Source of the DNA: Chiloscyllium plagiosum
Lineage: Eukaryota
DNA: 64,000 nt
Direction: 5' to 3'
Assembly: GCF_004010195.1 (NCBI RefSeq)
Contig: NC_057712.1
Location: 87,911,872 to 87,975,871 of the forward strand
Below the pieces are notes generated by a model. That model was given only the letters and a program-made list of their open reading frames with translations. It was not told the origin of the DNA and ran no database searches. Below are positions 1-12,399 of the stretch, piece by piece. Numbering within the stretch: position 1 is the stretch's first letter; each line of letters starts with the position of its first letter. The translations under genes were made by a program, and so were the position numbers.

Positions 1-607
1 TTCACAATCTACAGACTCAGAAAATAACACCGTCTTATTCCTCTACAAATACTGCCCCAGGTTAAATTAATAGCTATGGCTTATATTTTAAGTTTAATCA
101 AGAGACTTTATCTCCAAAACATATAATCAAGAAAGAATCCACTGTACTCACTACTGCAGCCTTTCTCTTGGACAGACTTAAAACAACAATTAACTTATCT
201 GATTCTGTGCTGTGAACTTCGCCCAACAGTTCCTCCAAGATTAGTTGTGAATTGCACTGTTTGTTAATTTTCCCAGATGCACTCCGATGTCCAGCGATTC
301 ACGAATTCAAACAGATATCTTCATCTCGAATGGTATGCGCACCTGCAATTGGTCAATAAGATAGAAAATTTCACAACACTCCCCTCTCCATCTTCCCTAG
401 TTTATAGTTAAGCTTAAAGCTATGTTCACTGATCAAACCTTGTGGGACTGCAGACTCAGAGATAAAAATCATGGAGGTAGAGTCTTTGCATTGCTGGTTT
501 TGTTGGAAGGATATTCATCATAGATAATGTATATAATGGCAGGTCTAAAGACTGTGGGAGACATCAATCACAGGGAGACTATCCCTTGGATCATCCTCAA
601 CTCAGTA

Positions 608-1303
608 GTTACAGAGTCAGAGTCATAGAGATGTACAGCACAGAAACAGATCCATCATTCCAACCTGTCCAAGCTGACCAGATATCCCAACCGAATCTAG
701 TCCCACCTGCCAGCACCTGGCCTATATCCCTCCAAACCCTTCCTATTCATATACTCATCCAAATGCCGTTTAAATGTTGCAATTGTACCAGCCTCCATCA
801 CATCCTCTGGCAGCTCATTCCATACATGTAGCACCCTCTGACTGAAAAGTTGCCTCTTAGGTCTCTTTTATATCGATCCCCTCTCACCCTAAACCTATGC
901 TCTCTAGTTATGGACTCCCCCACCAGAAAAGACTTTCTCTATTTACCCTATCCATGCCCCTCATGATTTTATAAACCTCTTTAAGATCACCCCTCAGCCT
1001 CTGATACTCCAGGGAAAACAGCCCTATCATATTCAACCTCTTCCTATAGCTCAAATCCTCCAACCCTGGCAACATCCTGTGAATCTTTTCTGAACCTTTT
1101 CAAGTTTCACAACATCTTTCTGATAGGAAGGAGACCAGAATTGCATAGTGGCCTAACTAATGTCCTGTACAGCCAACATGACCTCCCAACTCCTGTACTC
1201 AATACTGACCAATAAAGGAAAGCATAACAAACGCCTTCTTCACTATCCTATCTACCTGTGACTCCACTTTCAAGGAGCTATGAACCTGCACTCCAAGGTC
1301 TCT
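608..1303 (-). mobile_element. CR1 (HER1-like) LINE 3' fragment
   Basis: Reverse complement of the (gactctat)n tail at the left end. Sequence nearly parallels 57441-58160 (C-terminal RT domain and 3'UTR). Confidence 0.9.
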
Positions 1304-1446
1304 AGTTAGGTGAATGCACTTTCAACTTAACCTGAAGTTATAGAGTCTGCTATGAAATTTGCCACTTGGGATATGATGGTTAAAGATGACAACTCAATAT
1401 TCTTTTGACCGTTCATTGCATCACTGATAACATAAAAATATCATTG

Positions 1447-2300
1447 GATAAAAGCAAATTACTGCAGATGCTGGAATCTGAAACCCAAAGAGAAAATGCT
1501 GGAAAATTTCAGCATGTCTGACAGCATCTGCAAGGAGAGAAAAGAGCTGATGTTTCAAGTCTAACTGACCCTTTGTCAAAGCTAAAAAAAGGGAGAAATA
1601 GGGAGGTATTTACACGAGGCTGAGAGAAGGTGAGACATGGTTCCAGAAGCAACGGTAGCAATAAAGAGGTGATAATGACAGTGCATAGAGAGATTATAGG
1701 GAGATTAGGAGCTGTGAATGACCAAGGCTGAAGCCAGTGCTATGTGACAAAATATGTGGGGGATGGGGGAGCTGCGTGAAGCAGAGGCAAAATGGAAAAC
1801 GGGGGGAGGGGGGGAAGCAGAGAGGGGGAAGAGGAGAGAAAAAAGGTGATGAGAGATTGGGGAGCAAGAGAAAGAGAGATAATCCTGCCCCACTGAACTC
1901 ATCTCTACTCTCCTTCAAGAAATAAGAGGTACAGAACAGTGAAAAAAAAATTTAAAAAGATGAGAGAGAAAAGGAAAGCAGTGAAGGTGGACAGGGGGAG
2001 AGAGACAAATGAAAATCCTGTCAGAGAGAAGAGCAGTACTTCTTCAGGGTAGGCATTTCCTGGGAGAGAGATGGCAGTGGGTTAAACACTGGATAAAAGC
2101 AAATGACTGCGGATGCTGGAATCTGAAACCTTACACCTAAAACCTTGAATCTGAAACGTTACAGCCTGCCGGTCTCAACATTGAATTCAACAACTTCAGA
2201 TGATTATCCCATCTCGACCCCTCTGTTTTCATTCTGCTCCGAAATTTTATTTCATTTATTTTATTAATTTTTTAAAATATTTTTTTCACTGTTCTGTACT
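1447..2300. mobile_element. Penelope-like element remnant with direct and inverted terminal repeats
   Basis: ggataaaagcaaat..actgc.gatgctggaatctgaaacc is repeated at ~1447 and ~2091. gtacagaacagtgaaaaaa (~1929) is inverted at ~2281. 2159-2203 (+) reads LQPAGLNIEFNNFR*, a typical PLE GIY-YIG C-terminus. Decayed hammerhead-like motif on the - strand at ~1545-1582. Confidence 0.7.
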
Positions 2301-4459
2301 GTTCTGTGTGGCCTGACTTCATAAGCTACCTCTTGGTTAACATATGCATAGAGTCACTTCATCATATCTCTAAGGTGTATCTTATGTTTTTGGCTAAGTC
2401 TGAGTTGTGTCAGGTTTTTTGGAGGCATTTCTAACGTAACCCCAAGTGAGTTTTCTCACTGCATCTTAACAAACCCCCTTCATTAACTAGCTACCCCATC
2501 TCTATGGCAACCTCCATGTCCAATTCTGGCACCATCTTACCACACACCATTCCCAAATCAACTCACCCCTCAGCAGATATCAGCATCCCTTGCACTCATG
2601 CCATTTTTCAAAGTCCATTGTGCACCCTGACCATCCCTGTCAGTCCCAAGCTGACCTGCATGGTTCCTGACATCTTGCACAGACATGTCAGACAGGGAGA
2701 GATCAGCTCCCAACTGGATGGGCGGGGATCTGGAGGTCCCGCATGATGGAATGAGTGTAGAAGTGGGATTTCCACATTTCCCAGGACCAGGAGTGGAGGG
2801 CACGATGCCAGACAATTTTTCTCAGTCAGAGGTTGACAGTTAGCTAAAAGCAGCCTTAGCCATCAGTGGAAATGACCATAAGTATGAGAAGAAAGTAAGA
2901 CTTCTGCACTTTGCAAGACTAAGATCCATCATCTCCTCTCCAATATCTCATGCTCATTCCCTCTATCTTACTGTGCCCACCTCCCACTAAGGCTCATGCT
3001 CCACCACGCAAGTTATTGAGTGCAACATCTTTCTTTACTCACTATCACTTACCCTAACCCCTGATAACACCAATACTGTGTTGTTCCCTCAGCACTGGCC
3101 TAATCACTCTCTCAGGACACCTTCCTGGCTATACTAAAAGTAACAGCTGTGCTACCCATTTTCATTTTCCTTAATATCTGCCACCCTCTATAGGGCAGAC
3201 TCAAGATTAATGGTGGGCTGCCTGATTCCTAATCCTTCACATAGAGAGCTTCCTGATTCTGATTGCTCCAAGCAAATGATTGACCAGTTCCAAACACCCT
3301 GGACTAGTATTGCAGTCTGCCCTTTACTTACTGTGCCAGGATGCTCTGATTGAAGGCTATCCCCTTGACTTGACTTAGGCCCTCTGACAACCATGTCAAG
3401 CTTCCTGTCTTTGTGTCTGAGCTAAACATCAAGCAATACTGAAATAATGTAAGACTTATAGCTGTAGCTGAGGGTGCTAAGTGAACAAAGGTAAAACAAG
3501 GTGATGCAATGTAAGGCAGGGATGCTATGAGCACACAGGTAAGCTCAAAGTGAATGTGTGTGTTCCTAGCACCAGATTACAATGAGAGATGCCGTTACAG
3601 CTCAAGGTGCAGCATTGAAGTGCAGCAGTGATTGTAATTGGATTGGAGGTGTGTTATGAAGGTTCACAGAGGCAATATTGGATAATTATTTCTGTGGATG
3701 TGGGGCATGCCCAGAGATGTTGATGATCAGAGTCCAACATACGAGTCCCTTGGAGCAAGGGGCCAAAGTAACCCGGGACCTGCTCTGGTTTTCATGTTGA
3801 GTTTTGTCGCTATCCAGCGTGATGGCAAGTTTGGTAACATTGAAAGCTGAATATTAATGAGGTGAATTGAACTGTCAACAAGGCATTTAACAAGGAACAA
3901 TCTCCCTTAACTGGCAACTCACAGTTGCCCAGCAGGAATCCCACCATACCGCTGTTTAAAAAATGGACTAAGATGCTCCTGACATCATGACAGGCCTCTC
4001 CAAACTTCGTGTCTAATTCTACCGCAAATCTCACCATAATCCACTTTGCTCAGGCACCTATAGGATTCTGTATCAGGTCTCTGTTTGAACAATTTCATTT
4101 CAGCTATCAGCATTTTGTTAAAATTTCTGTTAAAAGTTTGTTGATTCCTGGGATATGAAGATTGATCCATTTCTGACTATTTACAAACTGCCTTAACAAT
4201 ACAATGGCTCAATGTTAAATGTTGGCTCCTTTTAAGCTTCCTTGCTGAAGCTTATTCTATAGCTAAAGGTCATTACATTATAACCCTGCCTCATGATGTT
4301 CATTCTGTGGCTTCCACTACCTTAGATCAGCTCAGCATTCCAGAGAGCAAGTCCAAAACCAAAAGCTGTCTTTACGCGTACAGGAACATAATTACTGATA
4401 GTTTGTGCTCATATTATTAGACCAAAATAGTTGAATTTGAGTGGGTGGGAAAAGGGTAC

Positions 4460-5400
4460 CTTGCACAAAAAAATGGAAAGTTCTAATCCTACATTTAAAT
4501 TTCAATGTAGTTAAGTATGAAGTTATCCACTTTGGACCTAAAAAGGGCAGAGGAGAAAGTGAGGACTGCAGATGCTGTAGATCAGAGCTGGAAAAGTGCA
4601 GCAGGTCAGGCAGCATCCAAGGAGCAGGAGAATCGACGTTTCGGATATGAGCTCTTCTTCAGGAATCCTGAAGGGATTCGTGAAGAAGGGCTCATGCCCG
4701 AAACATCGATTCTCCTGCTCCTTGGATGCTACCTGACCAGCTGTGCTTTTCCAGCAACACATTTTCAGCTCTAAAAAGGGCAGAGCAAGGTACTTTCAAA
4801 ATAGTAAATAACTAGAGATAGTTGTGTTCCAAAGAGAGGTAGTGGTCCAGCTACATAAGTCATTAAAATGTACTGAACAAATAGTGAAACTAATGCAAAA
4901 GATTAATGGAATACCAGCTGTTCTATCCCAAGTGTTCTGGGCCACCACACCTTATAAAGGATATATTGGCCTTGAGTGGCATGAATACTACCTGACTCAA
5001 AGTGTTCTATTACGAAGCATGATTCCACAAACTAGCATTGCACTCTCTGTATTTTAAAATATTAAGTGTGATTTAATCAAAGTTGTCAAGGTATTAAGAG
5101 AACAGATAGAGCAAATGGAAGCAACTTTTAATTGTTGGGAGTCTAAGACATAGTCCAAGTATTGGAACCAAACCTTTCAGGCCTGAAATTAGGAAACACT
5201 TCGAAAGTCTGGCACTCTCTTGCAAAGAGCTATCGATGTTGGACCAGTTGAAAGTTTGAAATCTAAAATTAATAGTTCTTTATTATTGATTTAAATGCAG
5301 GGATAGGAGGTATGGGAAAATACATAGAGTTCAGTCAGAGATTAGACATGACCCTATTGAATGGTGGAACATGTTCAAAAGTTACATGGTCAACTCCTAT
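4460..5400 (+). mobile_element. Degenerate CR1 3' fragment, interrupted by a palindromic element
   Basis: FNVVKYEVIHFG resembles CR1 'FN..KCEV.HFG'. Downstream ...gtgatttaatcaaagtt... and 3'UTR-like sequence. Confidence 0.7.
4553..4770. mobile_element. Short palindromic PLE-derived element (hammerhead family A), both cores decayed
   Basis: Inverted arms meeting at ggaatcc..gattc. 15-bp TSD ctaaaaagggcagag at 4538-4552 and 4771-4785. Confidence 0.85.
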
Positions 5401-5463
5401 TGCAACCTCCCTGAGTTCCTGTGTAAGTAATATCAAGCATGAATTGTGTATCTGCAATCTTAA

Positions 5464-5615
5464 AGGAGAAAGTCTGGCACTCTCTTGCAAAGAGCTATCG
5501 ATGTTGGACCAGTTGGATCATTCCTGAAGAAGGGCATGTGCCCGAAACGTCGAATCTTCTGTTCCCTAGATGCTGCCTGACCTGCTGTGCTGTTCCAGCA
5601 ATAAAGTTTCAACAC
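5464..5615 (+). mobile_element. Chimeric family-A insertion with captured local DNA
   Basis: 15-bp TSD tatctgcaatcttaa at 5449-5463 and 5616-5630. 5468-5515 copies 5203-5250. It is followed by one hammerhead-bearing arm. Confidence 0.8.
5520..5555 (+). ncRNA. Minimal type-I hammerhead ribozyme motif
   Basis: ATTC-CTGAAGA-A-GGGC-ATGT-GCCC-GAA-ACGT-C-GAAT. Stem I ATTC/GAAT, core CUGANGA and GAAA, stem II GGGC/GCCC, palindromic stem III, GUC triplet. Confidence 0.75.
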
Positions 5616-6138
5616 TATCTGCAATCTTAAGCACAGCTTTAAAAACTGCTTTGCCTGAAGTTGGTGCCATCTGCTAAACTGTTCAATTCTCAGCTCAAAA
5701 TAATAAGAAAGGCGTATTTCTAACAATTATTAGCATCCACTCAAGGAAGCTTTAGAAATTAAATAAGTTTTAAATAAGTATAGACATTAGGAGAGTTCTA
5801 GAAAAGCTGTTTGTGTGTTGAAATTGTTTTATTTAATCAGAAACAAACATTCAATGAAGGAAGTATATTTTTAAGCCATTGACAATTATTTAAAATCAGC
5901 TTACTTGCGACTCGGCACGAAAATTATTTTTGCTACAAATTCATTTTCAGCTTCATTAATAAAAATGCAACAGCTTAGTGATACCAATTGCATTTTTTAA
6001 AGCAAATAAAAATAATAATATTCTATTACATTGATCATGCCTCATGAAAGGTGTGATTGTGATAATGTCAATGAGTTTTTATAAAAGGCTGAACCACAAC
6101 AGCACTTTGGATAACTTTTGCTATTTCAAACATAATTA

Positions 6139-6420
6139 GGCCAGCACATTGGCTCAGTGGTTAGCACAGCTGCCTCACAGTATCAGGGACCCCGGCTCAG
6201 TTGCACCCTCAGGCAACAGTCTGTGTGGAGTTTGCACACTCTCCCTGTGTCTGTGTGGATTTCCTCCCATAGTCCAAAGATGTGCAGTTTGGGTGAAAAA
6301 ACCACAGGAAGTGCAGGGATAGGGTTCATATGATGAGTGTGGGTTGGATGCTTTGCAGAGAGCTAATTTGGACTTGATGGATCAAATGGATTGCTTCTAC
6401 ACTGTAGGGATTTTCTGATT
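6139..6420 (+). mobile_element. HE1-type tRNA-derived V-SINE (diverged)
   Basis: tggctcagtggttagcac head, gtctgtgtggagtttgcac.ttctccc V-domain, tccaaagatgtgcag, CR1-like tail. Confidence 0.85.
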
Positions 6421-7550
6421 AGTATTACAAGGTTACTTATCAGCTGACTTGATATTCTACAGGTATCTCTGCTCCATCAGAATCTGGAAAACAAAATTCC
6501 CTTTAACTGTAAAATTGTCTCCACTCATTAACTCTAACAGCAAATCACCAACAGCTTTGAACCCATTAAATCGATAAAATAATGGATAGTGCAAATAAAA
6601 ACAGACTATCTGCATTAAGCAACTGATGCTTTAAATGCAAAATGCACAAGCTTTATGCATGATTACACCATCTTTTTTTCTCAGAGTAGTGCACGAAGAA
6701 CAGATTTCATGAAAAAAAACCTGGATAAATATGTATGAAGACGACAGCTGAATGCCAACTTATCTGCTCTATCCTCAAGTGCCGAATGAGTTGCTGAATG
6801 ATTTCAGCATTTTCTGCTTTTCTCTCAGATGAATAGAATTTGCAGTTTATGTATTTTCTGCATGTATATCATATTCAAATGGAATTACTTGTTATCATGG
6901 TCATCCCATAATCTAGAAATAATGATGGGCACAGAGATACTGAGACCACACATATTGAGTGCACACAGATTAACCACTCAAGGAGAAGCAATGCATATTA
7001 AATGTTTTGGTCGATATTGTGAAATTGTGCAGAATTATTTTTGGGGTGCAAGAGGAATCTTGACCCAGCTTCCTTGAGATTAAATAAATTAGATACAGAT
7101 GACATTGCACATGTAACAGTGGGAAAGATTGCCTTGTTCAAATGAACCTGCTCTATTTCATACTTTGCGACCTCATAAGAAAATTGAGCTTGAGTAGCTC
7201 CAGCAGGGAACTTGCAGTAAGTAATCATGGAATGAGATAAGCCTAGGGAACACACATAAATTACAGGAAAAAATATCTTAAAAAGCAATGATATTATCTG
7301 AATATCACAGTTGGACTAAGACTGAACGCTCGTAATGCTATTTTTAACAGACATCAAACTAAATCATTTTAGTATCATTAAGGATGTTTCAGCATCATTG
7401 ACCTGAGGGGCAATAGATTTTGAAGTATTCTTTTATAATAAGATTTTACTTCAAGACCATTCTGCCCCCAGATGTACAAGAAAAAGAGGAAGGTGTGATG
7501 AGACAAAAAAGAACAAGACATACCATCAAAGGCTGGGTTCAGCCTAAGAA

Positions 7551-7868
7551 ATTAGATTAGATTACTTACAGTGTGGAAACAGGCCCTTCGGCCCAACAAG
7601 TCCACACCGACCCGCCGAAGCGCAACCCACCCAGACCCATTCCCCTACATTTACCCCTGCACCTAACACTACGGGCAATTTAGCATGGCCAATTCACCTA
7701 ACCTGCACATTTTTCGACAGTGGGAGGAAACCGGAGCACCCGGAGAAAACCCACGCAGACACAGGGAGAATGTGCAAACTCCACACAGTCAGTCGCCCGA
7801 GGCGGGAATTGAACCCGGGTCTCTGGTGCTGTGAGGCAGCAGTGCTAACCACCGTGCCACCGTGCCAC
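7551..7868 (-). mobile_element. HE1 SINE, young, full length
   Basis: Reverse complement has A/B boxes (tggcacggtggttagc; ggttcaattcc), V-domain and an (atcta)n tail. Near-identical to 34762-35061 and 45015-45340. Confidence 0.93.
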
Positions 7869-7981
7869 TGGGGTATGGGTACGGGCTCACACACACACAC
7901 AGACACAGACTCTCACTGGGGTACGGGCTCACACACACACACAGACACAGACTCTCACTGGGGTATGGGCTCACACACACA
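7866..7981. repeat. Minisatellite, ~42-48 bp unit, about 2.5 copies
   Basis: actggggta(t/c)gggctcacacacacacacagacacagactctc repeated directly at the 5' end of the HE1. Confidence 0.85.
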
Positions 7982-8359
7982 GCTATGGTGGAGATGGGGG
8001 TGGTGGTGTGGGGTGGAAGTGAGTATAGTTGGATCCTGGAAATGATAGCCTTGTCATTCTATTTAGGGGTAGTTTAAAATTGATATTGAGCTATCATCAA
8101 TAATGATTTATAGAAGGTGACAACTTGACAGTCTTCCTCGCCTAATATTCAATGATTTCATCCACTGTAATAAATAAATTATCAAACTCATTCAAAATCA
8201 AACTCCAAAATCTACATCCTTGTTCATAAGAGAATGGATGGATGAGTTCAGCTGGCCAGGCTGTTTAACCTCGGTGGTGGGAAAATCTTTGGGAAAAAGA
8301 TCTGAGACAAAAAAAAAGTTTGTTAAAAAACTGTGGATGAAAAGGAACACCTGTAGGAA

Positions 8360-9085
8360 TTCGTACAGGGCAAACCATGTATAACTAAGTTTAAAATTCC
8401 TAAGCTTGAGTTATTTTGATGAGGTAACAGAGGGTTTAACGTGGCTACCACGTGTTGGTGTGGCAAATATGAACTTTCAAATCACACTTAATGAAGTAAC
8501 GCTTAAAGGATTGGTCAGAAAAGTTAGAACCATGAGAATAAAAATGATAATGATAGCATGAATATGATGTTGGCTGAATAGTAAGGAACAGAGAAAAATG
8601 GTGAACAGTTGCCTTTCAGACTGGATCAACACATATAGAAGAAACTCCCCCAGGATCAGCATTAGGAACATTGCTCGTCCTGATGTATGTTAATGACCTA
8701 GTTTGGGTTTTGTATGGCATAATTACAAAATTTGGGGATAACACTTAACTCAGAATTATTGTAAATTACAAGGAGTATATTGGTAGACTTCAGGAAGACA
8801 TAGACTTACTGGTGGAATGAAGAGAAAGTGAGGACTGCAGATGCTGGAGATCAGAGCTGAAAATGTGTTGCTGGAAAAGCGCAGCAGGTCAGGCTGCATC
8901 ATTACTGGTGGAATGGACAGACATGTTGTAAATTAAACTTAGTGCGGAGAAATGTGAATTGATTCATTTTGGTAGGAAGAATGAGAGAGGAAATATAAAA
9001 GATATAATTCTAAAGGGGTGCAGAAGCAGAGGAATTTGAGGATATATGTGTTCAAGTTATTGAAGATTGTCGGGCACTTTGAGAA
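8360..9085 (+). mobile_element. Degenerate CR1 RT fragment
   Basis: ccccaggatcagcattagga (PQGS.LG), atgtatgttaatgaccta (YVNDL), cttcaggaagacatagac (LQEDID). Confidence 0.75.
8820..8901. mobile_element. Truncated family-A element (terminal arm only)
   Basis: gagaaagtgaggactgcagatgctggagatcagagctgaaaatgtgttgctgg.... 14-bp TSD ttactggtggaatg at 8806-8819 and 8902-8915. Confidence 0.85.
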
Positions 9086-9097
9086 AACAGTTTTACC

Positions 9098-9250
9098 CCA
9101 CCCCTCACAACCGCAACAAGGATAGAATCCCCTGGTCCTTGCATTCCACCCCACTAATCTCCAAATCCAGCACATCATCCTCCATCATCTACAGTCAGAC
9201 CTCACCACTAAAAATACGTTTCCCTCCTGACCCCTATCTGCATTTCATAG
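9098..9250 (+). mobile_element. Small Penelope ORF fragment (RT-EN linker)
   Basis: With one frameshift reads NKDRIP(L)VLAFHPTNLQIQHIIL, resembling the PLE 'RVPLVLTYHP' motif. Confidence 0.5.
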
Positions 9251-11284
9251 GGACTGAAATATGTCCTCTTCACAACATACTTTCCTACTGTCTCTGTTAC
9301 CAGCAAACTTAACAACGGTAAGTTACGTCCTTTCATCCAAGTCTGTTAATTAAATTGCATAAATCGTTACTTGTTGCATTTGTTACATCAGAAAATGATC
9401 CAGTTATGTCCACCAACTGTTTTCTGTTAGCTCGCCAATCTCCTATCAATGTCAATATTTTACTCACCACACTGCGAACATTTTGCTTTCTACATTAACC
9501 TTAGATATTATGTCAATTAAGACAGAGTGAGTGTTTACAGTCTCCAATGGCTGGTGATGGTGCAATAGTGACAATACGTTATTTTAACAGGGTACTCTGT
9601 GATTAAGTTTCTTTTGATGCAGCACACATGGTACTACATGCAGAGTGGTGTTTGAGGTCTTGAAAGTCTTGGCATTTGTGAACCATCTCCTCAATAGGGC
9701 TGAAATGATCTAGGCATCCTTGCCCCCTGTTGGCTCTGCTCTGTTCCCTTCTTCCATGTGTCACCTCATTCTGTAAGAGAAAGAGAAGAATCTCGGTGAT
9801 GTAACATATTTGGGTGATGTGCCCGTCACAGCTGAATAACTGGAGGTATGTAGAAACTGCAAGGAGCTGGCCACGAAGTTAACATCATTAGAGTGTGTGC
9901 AAATTATGTGGAATATCTAAATATTAGGTATGAGTGTAAAATGTGAGAAACAGCAGATGGGAGTGATGATGCAGTTATTAAAATGAAAGGCTGGTAGGGC
10001 AGTAGGCATGAGATATTGTTGGAAGGTGGATTTACTGACCATGACCACCTTCTCAAGGGCATTAGATTTATTGTACCCCAACTGTCAAGCTCTTGTTCCA
10101 AACTATTGGAATTGATCTTCTGGGTCGCCTGATCACAATCCTATTGAGGGATATTTGGAAAGAGCTACTGGCCCTTGTAAATCACTGGCCTTTCTGTCCA
10201 TCCACCTACAAAGCCAACAGTGTCAACGTGCCTGTTACCTTGGAGTCAGTCTCTGCCCTGCTGCACCATTTTCCTGGTATGGAATTGCAGTAGTCATTTT
10301 CAGAATGTTATAATCATGCTGGATGGATGCACCATCACTCCAGTCCCATAAAAATACTTTCTCCGCTTACCAAAATGACCAGGTAAATATCTCAGATTTA
10401 AATAACATATCTATCAATCAGGTTTCTTAATATGTTCAATTATTGGTTGATCAAAACAAAACTTACTTAGTAAAGATGAAATAATGGGTTGGCGTACCCA
10501 GTCAGCTTATAGAATTATAATGCTTATTCCTTTAAATTTTCAAAAGCATGCCCACACACACACTTCACGAAGAGAAAAAAAAAGATTTCTGTGTAGTGAT
10601 TGAATTGCTGAAAAACAGAACATTTTTGCTAATGTGTTATTCTTAAAGTCACAAGGATAAAGCACAGAATGCTCCAGAGTCTGTTCTGTTTGTGCCTAGG
10701 CATATGTTTTTGTACACTTAGCTCTGATGTCTTACAGCTTGCTCAGGAAATACAATCATTGAGATGTTTCTTCAACCAATCTTTCAAAAGAACAAATAGA
10801 TTTCATTTTGAGTTCAAGAAGTGGATTTCTTTTCAGAAATGACAGAAATCAGCTAGGTCAACTTGTTCTTAGCAAGGTTTCCTTCACTGGACCAGTTAAA
10901 ACAAGAACCTCTCGAAGCTACTCACTATTTAAAACAGTACCAGGTCGCAAAAGCAAAGAAAGCTTTTGTGGAAAATTTTCCAGTGTCTACAGTAAATTTC
11001 CAATGACATCATTCAAAGAGCTCACTGCAGGTATTTCCATAAAGCTGAAAATAAGTCAGTTTTCCTCAATCCTTCAAAAGTTATGCCACCAAACAATCCT
11101 ACATGCTTGTAATAAGTAGCAGTTACCTGTAACTCTCTGTACCTACCTTGTATGAGGAATGGATTATCTTTAAGAACAGGAGGTTGGCTGTGCCATATGT
11201 TTTGGCACAGTTCTTTGGGTTTTGCTAACCATCAAGGCAGCAAGATGTGCATGCTGCTTAGCTGTCTGTAGAGTAAATGTGACA

Positions 11285-11489
11285 CTGAAAAAGCACAGCA
11301 GGCAGTATTTGAGAAACAGGTGAGCCGATGTTTGGGGCCTAAGCCCTTCATCAGGAATCATTCCTGATAAAGAGTTTATGCCCAAAACGTCAACTCTCCT
11401 GCTCCTCAGATGCTGCTGACCTGCTGTGCTTTTCCAGCACTACACATTTTGACTCTGATCTCCAACATCTACTGTCCTCACTTTCTCCT
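11285..11489. mobile_element. Older palindromic family-A element
   Basis: Centre cccttcatcaggaatcattcctgat; right end ...tcctcactttctcct. Decayed hammerhead cores. Confidence 0.8.
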
Positions 11490-12399
11490 AACATTAAAAT
11501 ATGTCAGGTACATCAGTCATAATGAAAGAGATCATATGATGGAGAAACTCTGAAGAGAGATGTTACTGTGTACACTTCATGCAGTGAGTGTAGATAGTTT
11601 AGAGAATGTTGAATAAACATAATCTTTAAAAGACCTTAGATTCCAACAAACTCCCTGAAGCAATGTAGAGCAGCGAAATTCTCCCAAGATTCACTACCAC
11701 AATAACAGATGGTGACTGTCAGCAAGAGACCCAGCAGCAGGACAGAACAGCTGGAGAAGCAGGAAGGGCAATGCTAGAAGTAGAATGGAGCTCCACTAAA
11801 GGAACAGCTCAGTCACTGAGAAACACAGTGACTGTGAACAAGTGTGACAGAAAAGGAAGCTGTGGAACAAATCCTACCACTACTACAGTCTTTCAAGCAT
11901 GTGGAAGGAGCACATCAAGCCAAGAGTGGCAGATGCAATGCAGATGATTCACTAAATATAGGAATGCTTCTGGGTTATCAGCCAAATCCTTCTCTAAGCA
12001 ATTGGCAGCAATATTTTAACAAGGTAGGGGGTAAACAAAGAAACTGCCATTCACACAAAAAAAATTGGAGTTTTTGATACATCCTCTAGTATTCAGTGAA
12101 ATCTAACAATAAAGAGAGCAAAATGTAAGAAATGGAAGCAAAAGCCCAGAGAGCATATAGATTAATTTATCAATTTTCTCTATCGTATAGTAGATAACCA
12201 TGAATACAAGACATCAAAGATAACCTGATTAGATGTTAGATCATGGACAGATGTTTTGGAAGATGCACTATCTGATTTCTTGAAGTCAAGGGAAGAATAA
12301 CTTCAGCAAACATGGCACATTTACCAAGACAAAAGTAACAAAATAGAATGGAGTCTTTATTAGAGATGATAGAGACATATTACGGAAAAATATTTTTAA

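Noticed and set aside
4538-4785. Palindromic elements as DNA-transposon MITEs or pre-miRNAs
   Set aside because: Asymmetric ends, variable 13-20 bp TSDs and the central hammerhead core fit PLE-type retro-insertion better. There is no evidence for miRNA processing.
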